Shown in pieces: positions 40,664 to 48,284 of a DNA stretch of 64,000 nucleotides. Every line of letters starts with the position of its first letter. Positions within the stretch are counted from its first letter, which is position 1. This stretch comes from Actinomycetota bacterium (lineage in GTDB: Bacteria > Actinomycetota > Coriobacteriia > Anaerosomatales > UBA912), in contig JAMDCK010000030.1 in assembly GCA_023488435.1 (NCBI GenBank), positions 20,177 through 84,176 on the forward strand. The letters are read 5' to 3'. Below the pieces are notes generated by a model. It was given only the letters and a program-made list of their open reading frames with translations. It did no database searches and had not been told where the DNA came from. The position numbers and the translations under genes were made by a program.

Positions 40664-41110
40664 ATGCGGTGTCCGTTCTGCTCTAATGAAGAAACCAAAG
40701 TTGTCGACTCTCGTGTCTCAGAGTCTGGCGAGGCAATACGACGCAGGCGTGAGTGCCTCGGGTGCTCCTCAAGATTCACAACCTATGAGCGTCGCGAAGA
40801 GATGCCTCTCATGGTAGTCAAGAGGGACGGTTCCACTGAGCCTTTTGATCGTGGTAAGTTGCTTAGAGGATTGGTGGTCTCAACTGCAAAACGCAATGTG
40901 CCGATTGAGAGACTCGAGGCGTTGATCGCCGACATCGAGCAGGACCTGCACAATACGCTTCGCTACGAAATCTCCTCTGTCGAGCTGGGAGATATAGTTT
41001 TGCGATATCTGCAGGACTTCGACAAGGTCGCCTATATCCGATTTGCCTCTGTATACAAATCATTCCAGGATCTGGATGAGTTTTACACAGAGCTGCGTGT
41101 TATCGAATAG
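40664..41110 (+). CDS. nrdR: Transcriptional repressor NrdR
   Basis: MRCPFCSNEETKVVDSR zinc ribbon (C-x2-C...C-x2-C) plus an ATP-cone. The tracked start at 40619 is probably an over-extension. Confidence 0.95.
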   Translation: MRCPFCSNEETKVVDSRVSESGEAIRRRRECLGCSSRFTTYERREEMPLMVVKRDGSTEPFDRGKLLRGLVVSTAKRNVPIERLEALIADIEQDLHNTLRYEISSVELGDIVLRYLQDFDKVAYIRFASVYKSFQDLDEFYTELRVIE

Positions 41111-41144
41111 TCACATCTGTTCATTCCTCTAGGAGAGGGTTCCA

Positions 41145-41576
41145 CTGACCGAGGTTCACATAAAGCGCTTGGACAGCGAGGTTCCGCTTCCAGAGTACGC
41201 ATATCCAGGCGACGCAGGACTGGATCTCTCCTCCACGCATCGCGTCACCCTCATGCCGGGTGAGCGCCAGCTGATTTCGACCGGAATCTCAATAGCCTTG
41301 CCAATAGGCTATGCAGCATTTGTTCAGCCGCGGAGTGGCCTAGCCCTACGCTCAGGACTCGGGATAGTCAACTCTCCCGGCCTGATCGACTCTCAGTACC
41401 GAGGCGAGATCAAAGTCATTGCTATCAATTTTGACCAGCATGAACCTATTCACATCGAACGTGGTGACAGAATAGCCCAGCTGGTCATACAGCCCATAGC
41501 TTCGGTTCGGTTGGTCGAAGTTCTCGAACTTGACGCCACGGAAAGGGGAGAGGGAGGCTTTGGTAGTTCCAGCTGA
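41145..41576 (+). CDS. dut: dUTP diphosphatase (trimeric dUTPase)
   Basis: Contains AGLDL, PRSG, GLIDSQYRGEI and RGEGGFGSS motifs. The first canonical start (TTG at 41169) would delete strand beta-1. The in-frame CTG at 41145 lies 6 nt after AGGAGAGG and is the proposed start. Confidence 0.85.
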   Translation: MTEVHIKRLDSEVPLPEYAYPGDAGLDLSSTHRVTLMPGERQLISTGISIALPIGYAAFVQPRSGLALRSGLGIVNSPGLIDSQYRGEIKVIAINFDQHEPIHIERGDRIAQLVIQPIASVRLVEVLELDATERGEGGFGSSS

Positions 41577-42018
41577 ACGCAACCCCAGGATACGGGTAGC
41601 TGCTCTTATGATCTGGCGAGATGAAATCGTTCTTGTTCGCCACATGAAAGACCATCTTGAGTATCACCTGCTTCCCGGAGGGGGAGTGGACTGGGGAGAG
41701 ACTCTTCACCACGCACTGAAACGCGAAGTTCTTGAGGAAACTGGAATACTATGCAGCCCTCAGGATCTCTTATTTGTGCATGACAGTATAGATCCTGCGG
41801 GTCAGCGACATGTAGTGAACATATATTTTTCTGCCCATATCGATGACTTGCACTATGCAAAAACTTCCTTAGACCATCGAGTCGTTGGCATAGATTTCGT
41901 CAACCCTGACGATTTGACCCGCCTAGACCTTAGGCCCCCGATCGCACTTGACTTGATTGCATTCCTGCATGACGTCTCAGGTTTCAGGCCACGGTACACA
42001 GGTTCGGGCTACGCTTAG
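41530..42018 (+). CDS. NUDIX hydrolase
   Basis: Nudix box GGGVDWGETLHHALKREVLEETG. The start is uncertain because the ORF overlaps the end of dut; a TTG at 41560 is possible. Confidence 0.85.
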   Translation: MTPRKGEREALVVPAERNPRIRVAALMIWRDEIVLVRHMKDHLEYHLLPGGGVDWGETLHHALKREVLEETGILCSPQDLLFVHDSIDPAGQRHVVNIYFSAHIDDLHYAKTSLDHRVVGIDFVNPDDLTRLDLRPPIALDLIAFLHDVSGFRPRYTGSGYA

Positions 42019-42127
42019 GGAAAGGAGCGACGAGTAGACCATAGAGGTGCGTATTTTCGTGAGTGGTTTCGACCGACTCTGAGGAGCAATCAAAGAGTGG
42101 GTACATACCGACAAAGGGAAGGGAACA

Positions 42128-43456
42128 ATGGAGGCATTCTTTAGATTCAAAGAACGCAATACCGATCTACGAACGGAACTCATCGCTGGAGTGGTTACGT
42201 TCATGACGATGGCCTACATCATCTTTGTGAATCCTGGAATTCTATCCAGCATGTTTGGGGATGCAGCTGCGGAGTGGATTCCGGCACTGGCCACAGCAAC
42301 CACCGTTGGCGCAGCGTTGATGTGCCTGGCAATGGGGCTGCTTACCAATCGACCCCTGGCGCTAGCCTCGGGCATGGGCTTGAATGCAATGGTAGCGTTC
42401 AGCGTTGTTCTAGGTGCTGGAGTTCCATGGCAGGTCGGAATGGCAGTCGTGTTCGTCCAAGGATTGATCATACTGTTGTTGGTTCTGACCGGCTTTCGCG
42501 AGGCGGTGATGAATGCCATCCCTCTGAATCTGAAGCGCGCCATCGGCGGCGGTATCGGCATATTCATAACCTTCATTGGACTCAAAAATGGCGGCATTGT
42601 CGTCTCAAAGGAGGCCACCTTGGTCTCCCTGGGGGACTTCACCCAGGAAGCGGTTTGGGTGACCCTCGTAGGGCTTGTAGCAATCTTCGCATTCATGGCG
42701 CTGCGCATAAAGGGCGACATTTTATGGGGCATCCTCGTTGCGGCAGCTGCTTCGTTGGCACTCGGAGTTACTCAGTTACCCACTCAGATCGTAGCAGCTC
42801 CTGACTTTTCAACATTTGGCGCACCCTTCATGGAGGTAGACGGCCAGATGGCGTTGCTGCACGTTTTCACACCAGCTGTCATGGTGTTCGTCTTTTCTAT
42901 GATGCTAACTGACTTCTTCGACACTATGGGGACTGTGGTGGCGGTTGGCGAACAGGCCGGCTTCGTTGACGAAAAAGGACAGGTTCCAGAGATCCGGAAC
43001 ATTCTTGCCGTGGACTCCACCGCAGCAGTGGTAGGTGGCGCTGTCGGCGCCAGCTCTATCACCACATATATCGAGTCTGCGTCCGGCGTCGCCGAGGGCG
43101 GACGCACGGGCCTGACTGCCATCGTTGTAGGGTTACTTTTTGCTGTTGCTACCTTCTTCACACCCGTCATCGCAATGATTGGTGGGGCCGGCTCAGTAAC
43201 GGCGGGTGCTCTGATAATCGTTGGATTCCTTATGATGAAGACGATTGCCGACATATCCTGGAGCGATTTCGAAGAAGCGTTTCCAGCCTTTATGACAATT
43301 GTTGGTATTCCGCTCACTTTCAACATCGCTTGGGGAATCGGGCTTGGATTCATCAGCTTCATAATCATCAAAGTTCTGCACAGGAAAGCCGTCGAAGTGC
43401 ATCCGTTGATGTATTTGGCTGGAGTTGCCTTCGCTGTCGCCCTCGCTTTGTACTGA
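42128..43456 (+). CDS. NCS2/AzgA-family purine (adenine/guanine/hypoxanthine) permease
   Basis: 442-aa polytopic membrane protein with the typical N-terminus FKF.ERNT..RTE..AG.TTF.TM.YI..VNP. Confidence 0.88.
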   Translation: MEAFFRFKERNTDLRTELIAGVVTFMTMAYIIFVNPGILSSMFGDAAAEWIPALATATTVGAALMCLAMGLLTNRPLALASGMGLNAMVAFSVVLGAGVPWQVGMAVVFVQGLIILLLVLTGFREAVMNAIPLNLKRAIGGGIGIFITFIGLKNGGIVVSKEATLVSLGDFTQEAVWVTLVGLVAIFAFMALRIKGDILWGILVAAAASLALGVTQLPTQIVAAPDFSTFGAPFMEVDGQMALLHVFTPAVMVFVFSMMLTDFFDTMGTVVAVGEQAGFVDEKGQVPEIRNILAVDSTAAVVGGAVGASSITTYIESASGVAEGGRTGLTAIVVGLLFAVATFFTPVIAMIGGAGSVTAGALIIVGFLMMKTIADISWSDFEEAFPAFMTIVGIPLTFNIAWGIGLGFISFIIIKVLHRKAVEVHPLMYLAGVAFAVALALY

Positions 43457-43497
43457 AGACATTCGATTTGGACAATAGCGGATAATATATCTTATGT

Positions 43498-43541
43498 AAA
43501 GTGAAGTACTTCCGCCTCTACTTGGGGAAGTACTTCACTTT
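43498..43541. terminator. Bidirectional hairpin terminator between convergent genes
   Basis: AAAGTGAAGTACTTCC (43498-43513) pairs with GGAAGTACTTCACTTT (43526-43541) in a perfect 16-bp stem with a 12-nt loop. It is flanked by A- and T-rich runs. The right arm is also the last codons of ORF 43518-43820. Confidence 0.6.
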
Positions 43542-43820
43542 GAAATCGCTAAGCGTTGATTCCCTGAGGTCATCCTCGGCCCCTTCCAGGAAGGTGAGAG
43601 CCTCTGCGTGAGAGTCAATGGGCTCAGTAAGACCTATGACCAAGTCATCGTGGATTCCCACCGCCTCGACAACATAACTATCGATCGATCCTAGTGTTTC
43701 GGCGACAGGACGCCTGTAAAGGACATCGTCTGCCCAGTCGAGGCTAGGTTCCTCCAACTCACTTAGCTTGACTATGCGCAGCCGGAAGAACTCTTTTGCG
43801 GGCCCGATTATCTTCTTCAC
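43518..43820 (-). CDS. Hypothetical acidic cytoplasmic protein (100 aa)
   Basis: Last gene of a three-gene minus-strand unit, 15 nt after the upstream stop. I recognise no motif. Confidence 0.5.
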   Translation of the reverse strand: MKKIIGPAKEFFRLRIVKLSELEEPSLDWADDVLYRRPVAETLGSIDSYVVEAVGIHDDLVIGLTEPIDSHAEALTFLEGAEDDLRESTLSDFKVKYFPK

Positions 43821-43835
43821 AAAACTCCTTGGTCC

Positions 43836-44252
43836 TTAGTCGACTCTGACATACTCATCATTGCCCATGACATAACCTGTAACTCCGTCTGGATGTTCTA
43901 CCTTATACCATTGACCATCCTTCTGAAGTATTCTCAGCTCGGTTCCGTCCGAAAGCACCTTGAGAGAACGTGTTCCCCTGTCGGGCCCTGCGCGTAGGTT
44001 GAGTCCATCCACAATAACGATCAATGTTTGGCTTTGCTGAGCTGAGTTGTCCGATTGGGCACCATTTGGTCCTGCTGGTTCAGTCGGTAAATCCGAAGAC
44101 TCAGTCGTATCACGAAGGGTGCCCCCTCCCCTTTGGGCCTCACGGAAATCACCAATCCAGGTCAAAATGATTGCAGTCACAACAATCAATACAAGCACGC
44201 CAAAAACGGCCCTTAGTCTTCTGGGAAAACTCGGGTTGGATGAACTTCTCAT
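43836..44252 (-). CDS. Membrane-anchored bacterial SH3 (SH3b)-domain protein
   Basis: One N-terminal TM segment (AVFGVLVLIVVTAIILTWI), a low-complexity linker, and an SH3b-like C-terminus (LNLRAGPD...GTELRILQKDGQWYKVEHPDGVTGYV). Confidence 0.65.
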   Translation of the reverse strand: MRSSSNPSFPRRLRAVFGVLVLIVVTAIILTWIGDFREAQRGGGTLRDTTESSDLPTEPAGPNGAQSDNSAQQSQTLIVIVDGLNLRAGPDRGTRSLKVLSDGTELRILQKDGQWYKVEHPDGVTGYVMGNDEYVRVD

Positions 44253-44809
44253 ATATACAGCCCCCCGCCGTATACGACTGACTCATCAACATCATAAGCA
44301 ATACAGAGTTCAACAAGCAATGTATCTGCGATGAGGTATTGTTCGGCGATCGCCCTCAAGTCTATGCATGACAGGGCATCAAGTGTTTCGGCCGGAGACA
44401 TATTACCCTCGTAAGGCAGAGTGTAAATAGCAATCAGATGCGCAGCATCAGCGAGTTCTTCTGCTGCCTTGTGTGTGATTGGATGCAGGCGGCGAATATC
44501 TAGTTCATCTCGAGTAATGAGCATTCTGGAACTGATTTCAGTGAGGGTTCTACGGTTCTCATCTGTGGAATGGGTTGCGAATAAAAGAAGTCCGGACTCG
44601 TTTGTAGAAGCCAGATGCTCTAGCACAGCCTCCATTGTCTTGCGGGAAGCTGTGATTCGCTCCCGGTAACCAATCAGGTGCATTGTCGAGCGCCGGATCC
44701 ATCGTTTGGCCAATATTCTATAGAAGAAGTACGATGCCACTCCAAGCGCAGAGATCGCAAGTGCAGCTGCGATGCCGATCCAAAGATATGGCTCCGGAGT
44801 GTCAATCAC
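44249..44809 (-). CDS. Hypothetical single-pass membrane protein (186 aa)
   Basis: One N-terminal TM segment (LWIGIAAALAISALGVASYFFY) and a helical cytoplasmic part. Its stop overlaps the next start by 4 nt. Confidence 0.5.
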   Translation of the reverse strand: MIDTPEPYLWIGIAAALAISALGVASYFFYRILAKRWIRRSTMHLIGYRERITASRKTMEAVLEHLASTNESGLLLFATHSTDENRRTLTEISSRMLITRDELDIRRLHPITHKAAEELADAAHLIAIYTLPYEGNMSPAETLDALSCIDLRAIAEQYLIADTLLVELCIAYDVDESVVYGGGLYI

Positions 44810-44878
44810 CTAAATCATCCTTCGCTAAAACGTGTAATCGACCTAAACAATTTGCGTGCAATGCAATCGACGCAAGAT

Positions 44879-45394
44879 CTACTTGACTCTTATCAGCGAG
44901 ACGATCCGCTCATCACCTAGCTTACTTCGGCCGTTGAGAAAGTCGAGTTCAATGAGAAACGCGTAACCACACACTTCAGCACCCATCTGATGAACAAGAG
45001 CAGCTTTAGCTGCAGCGGTGCCACCAGTTGCAAGAACGTCATCAACGATCAACACTTTGTCGGACGTGGAAAGCGCATCCGTATGGACCTCCAGAGCGTC
45101 ATTACCGTATTCAAGCTCATATTCATGTGAAGTTGTGTCCCATGGGAGCTTCCCGGGTTTCCGGGCAGGAACGAACCCGGCCCCTAGGCGGAAAGCAAGT
45201 GCCCCTCCAAAGATGAAACCTCTAGCCTCGGCACCTAGAACCTTTGTGATTCCTGCATTTTCATAGGAGGCGCCAAGAACTTCGATCGCCTGCGCAAATC
45301 CATCAGGACTAGCCAGGAGGGGCGTTATGTCCTTGAAAACAACTCCGCGTTCCGGAAAATCCGGAATATCCCTTATGAAATGATCAAGCAGCAT
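44879..45394 (-). CDS. apt: Adenine phosphoribosyltransferase
   Basis: FKDITPLL and the PRPP motif VLIVDDVLATGGTA. Confidence 0.95.
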   Translation of the reverse strand: MLLDHFIRDIPDFPERGVVFKDITPLLASPDGFAQAIEVLGASYENAGITKVLGAEARGFIFGGALAFRLGAGFVPARKPGKLPWDTTSHEYELEYGNDALEVHTDALSTSDKVLIVDDVLATGGTAAAKAALVHQMGAEVCGYAFLIELDFLNGRSKLGDERIVSLIRVK

Positions 45395-45413
45395 GATTTC
45401 AATCCCTTCTAAA

Positions 45414-45968
45414 TCAGTAGGTGGCTAACAGTGAATCATCTAGGCTCCAGACATCTGGAAGGTTCCTATACTTGCCGAGGTAATCCAAGCCGTACCCGAC
45501 CAGGAATTTGTCGGGGACGTCGAAACCACAGTAGGCGATTTCCGTACGAACAATACGGCGTACACGTTTATCGAACATAGCGCATACTTTGATAGATGCT
45601 GGGTTCCGTGCCTGTAAGACCTTTAGAACATACCTTAGGGTTAGCCCAGTATCCACGACATCCTCGACAACCAGAACGTGCGCCCCCTCAATTGAGTCCT
45701 CTAGGTCCTTGGTGATTCTGACAACTCCAGAAGAGCCCGCTCCATAGGAAGATATGGCCATGAAATCAAGTGTAACAGGAGCATTAATGGCTCTAGTAAG
45801 GTCGGCTAGAAAGAAAAGGCCGCCCTTCAACACAGTGATCAGCCTGATCTCTTCTCCGTCGTAATCTGCAGTGATTTGACCAGCAATCTCCTGAACCCTG
45901 AACGCAATCTCATCAGACGAATACTGTCGAACGCCTTCTGGAATATGGGTTGCACTATCAGGTATCAT
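45414..45968 (-). CDS. hpt: Hypoxanthine(-guanine) phosphoribosyltransferase
   Basis: LKGG.FF..DL, the PRPP motif VLVVEDVVDTGLTL, and VGYGLDY. Confidence 0.95.
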   Translation of the reverse strand: MIPDSATHIPEGVRQYSSDEIAFRVQEIAGQITADYDGEEIRLITVLKGGLFFLADLTRAINAPVTLDFMAISSYGAGSSGVVRITKDLEDSIEGAHVLVVEDVVDTGLTLRYVLKVLQARNPASIKVCAMFDKRVRRIVRTEIAYCGFDVPDKFLVGYGLDYLGKYRNLPDVWSLDDSLLATY

Positions 45969-45991
45969 GGTCCTCCGTTACAGAGAGCGCG

Positions 45992-46399
45992 TCAGGATCT
46001 ATCAGGTATGTCCTCGGTTGAGGAATGCAGGCCATACTTGAGAAGCAAGTTCCGAAAGTCCCTTTGGTAGAAGATTATTACATTGATGTCAGGATAAAGT
46101 TCGCGAAGCCTTCTGACTTTGCGGTTCTTGCGTGTGACAAGCTTCTGATTCATTGTTGTGAGTTCGATGTATAGATCAAGGTCCGGAAGATAGAAATCGG
46201 GGGTGAAGGAAGAGATGGGGTTTCCCTTGCTGTCTTGCTCTAGAGTAAAGGTCGTAGGCTCGTACTCCCAGCGGATTTCATAGTAGTCCAGAATCTGTGC
46301 AGCGACCCTCTCGCTGGGGTGGGCGAATAATTGGTCATCTATTGATCCTATGGATTCGAGGTCCTCACGCCGCTGTTGATGTTTTCTTTCGGGGATCAC
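45992..46399 (-). CDS. Small conserved-looking protein with a possible restriction-endonuclease-like (PD-(D/E)xK) core
   Basis: 135-aa ORF. The pattern E..AAQIL...I.WEYEP...FTPDFYLP...LYIELT...K resembles DUF559/Vsr-like cores. Its GTG start overlaps the MerR stop (GTGA). Confidence 0.4.
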   Translation of the reverse strand: MIPERKHQQRREDLESIGSIDDQLFAHPSERVAAQILDYYEIRWEYEPTTFTLEQDSKGNPISSFTPDFYLPDLDLYIELTTMNQKLVTRKNRKVRRLRELYPDINVIIFYQRDFRNLLLKYGLHSSTEDIPDRS

Positions 46400-47097
46400 A
46401 TGACGTCCTCGAACACCCGACCCAAAGATCTCCGAACGAGATGCGAGGTCAGTTGCTCAGATAGGGCGACGAGTTCGTCGAGGGATTCGAGGAGCTTCTG
46501 TCTACTTTCCGGAGTGCGATGACGAAACGCCGGCAGGAGAATCTGAGAGAAGAACGTGGTTTCCCTTTCGGCAAAAGTCTCGTACATTCTCAAATGCCTA
46601 GGTTCGACCCCAAATCGTCTCATGTCCCAGCAAACATGTGCGATCTGAGTGTCGGCATTTGAAAGTTCTAAGCCGCGATCGGTAGTGATGAACTTTATGA
46701 GCTGGAAACTCTCCAATTCCTTCACAAAGGATATGGGCAACCCTAAAGCCGATGGAATGTCATCCAGAAGCGTGGTGACAGCGTCGTCAAGGGGCAGTGA
46801 CGCAGCCTCGGCGATACCGGTAACCTGGCGCATCTCTGCCGGCACTTTGCCTTTGTCGTACTCTTGTAGCTTCTCTCGGATTATGGCGAGGGGCAGGAAT
46901 AGGTCGCGCTGCATCTTCAAAATCATCTCGATCCGCGCTACGTCCGTAGAGGAGAATTTTCGATATCCGCCCGCAGTGCGCTCTGGAGTGATCAAGCCCT
47001 CCTCTTCAAGATACCTGATTTTGGAGATCGAGACGTCTGAGCTGAGTTGCCTTAACCTGTCGACGACTTCGCCGATAGTCATGTAATCACGCTGCAT
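46396..47097 (-). CDS. MerR-family transcriptional regulator (Rv1828/FtsR-like)
   Basis: N-terminal MerR HTH (MTIGEVVDRL...SISKIRYLEEEGLITPERTAGGYRKFS..DV) and a long C-terminal domain. It lies directly downstream of an FHA gene, as in the actinobacterial gcvH-garA-merR clusters. Confidence 0.85.
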   Translation of the reverse strand: MQRDYMTIGEVVDRLRQLSSDVSISKIRYLEEEGLITPERTAGGYRKFSSTDVARIEMILKMQRDLFLPLAIIREKLQEYDKGKVPAEMRQVTGIAEAASLPLDDAVTTLLDDIPSALGLPISFVKELESFQLIKFITTDRGLELSNADTQIAHVCWDMRRFGVEPRHLRMYETFAERETTFFSQILLPAFRHRTPESRQKLLESLDELVALSEQLTSHLVRRSLGRVFEDVM

Positions 47098-47102
47098 CCG
47101 CG

Positions 47103-47549
47103 CTACCTAGCCTTCTTCGCAACGAACACCAACTGGAAACGGCCCACTTGAATTACATCACCAGCGTCAAGAACAGCACTGGTGACTAAGATACCATCGA
47201 CATAAATTCCATTGAGCGAGCCTTTGTCGACGATTTGCAGGACACACCCGGACTTTGTGATTTCGGCATGTGTCCGAGACACCGTGATGTCATTCAGGAA
47301 TATGTGGGATCCCGGATCGCGCCCAATGGTCGTAAGGGGTTCGGTGAGAAGGAAGCGCTCTCCCACTCCCGGTCCCCTAGTGACAATCAGCTCAGGGGCG
47401 TTCAGGGGGTCGGCGTCACAGACCCCGGACTCTTTAGGATCGACCACAGCTGCGAAAGACTGGGTCGAGCCCGACAGGTCTGCTGAGCACTCGACGCATC
47501 GAGCGTGGCCGCCCGCGTCAATCGAACCACATGACGGACACTTTACCAC
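47103..47549 (-). CDS. FHA-domain protein with an N-terminal C4 zinc ribbon (GarA/OdhI-like position)
   Basis: CPSC-x11-CVEC ribbon, then an FHA core (TIGRDPGSHIFLNDITVSRTHAEI......D.GSLNG.YV). Confidence 0.85.
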   Translation of the reverse strand: MVKCPSCGSIDAGGHARCVECSADLSGSTQSFAAVVDPKESGVCDADPLNAPELIVTRGPGVGERFLLTEPLTTIGRDPGSHIFLNDITVSRTHAEITKSGCVLQIVDKGSLNGIYVDGILVTSAVLDAGDVIQVGRFQLVFVAKKAR

Positions 47550-47570
47550 GCGAACTCCATTCGATGGATG

Positions 47571-47831
47571 TCAGTCCTGGAAGCCGAACTCTTTCCTTTG
47601 AAATGAAACTGCTATTTGATCCTCTAATGCTTTCATAACCTCGGGGTTCTCGAGGACTTTCTCCAGACGCTCTGGACTCAAGCGATTCTTGACGTATGGA
47701 TCTTGAAGAGCGTCAGTGAGCTTCCGGCCGTTACGCACTTCGCGAATCACGTAGTCTACAACCCGCTCCTCGATGGCGTCTGTGGCTAGGTCATCGAGAA
47801 ACAACTTGACTTTATCAGCAATCGAACTCAT
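47571..47831 (-). CDS. Hypothetical helical protein (86 aa)
   Basis: Compact ORF between the coiled-coil gene and the FHA gene. I recognise no motif. Confidence 0.45.
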   Translation of the reverse strand: MSSIADKVKLFLDDLATDAIEERVVDYVIREVRNGRKLTDALQDPYVKNRLSPERLEKVLENPEVMKALEDQIAVSFQRKEFGFQD

Positions 47832-47857
47832 TGATGTCTCCTAAGCGAGCAGATGCT

Positions 47858-48181
47858 CTAGTCGGTGGGATCGGCGGGGCTTGGCTGAGGGATCGGAATA
47901 TTTGAAAGGCTTCTACTGTCGGCGGACAGTATGTCGATGAGTCTTTCGACATCTGATCCCGAGATTAAATCAGCGCCGGCTTCATGCTGTGATTTGAGCC
48001 GGTTCACCAACTCTGCCCGAAGTATGTCGATGCGACCGTGGAGTATTCTTCGTTGATACGAGACCTTCTCTTCTTCAAGGCGGATCTTACCTATCAGTTC
48101 GCGCAGTTCATCGTTCGTTTTGCTGCCGAGATCGAGTAGGGCCTCTTCAAACGGATCGTTTCTGTCGTGCTGGTCTTCCAT
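47858..48181 (-). CDS. Small coiled-coil protein with an RsiG-like c-di-GMP-binding motif
   Basis: 107 aa starting at the internal Met (MEDQHDR); the tracked start at 48412 overlaps the upstream gene. It contains E37-x3-S-x2-R-x3-H-x3-D52 (EEKVSYQRRILHGRID), compared with the RsiG motif E-x3-S-x2-R-x3-Q-x3-D. Confidence 0.5.
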   Translation of the reverse strand: MEDQHDRNDPFEEALLDLGSKTNDELRELIGKIRLEEEKVSYQRRILHGRIDILRAELVNRLKSQHEAGADLISGSDVERLIDILSADSRSLSNIPIPQPSPADPTD

Positions 48182-48284
48182 CGTTGCCCCCGTTTTCGCA
48201 CTTACCGGCTGGTATTCTGTGACCCATTGTAGCAGATATTCTGAACATTCAAGTCGTACCTGAGCTTGATGATTGAGGGATGAG

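Noticed and set aside
42019-42127. Possible purine riboswitch upstream of the NCS2 purine permease (GTTTCGACC resembles part of the conserved core).
   Set aside because: I could not find the conserved junction sequences (UAUA…GGAUAUGG…CCGUAAA…) or a three-way junction. One short match is not enough. It would need an Infernal/Rfam scan.
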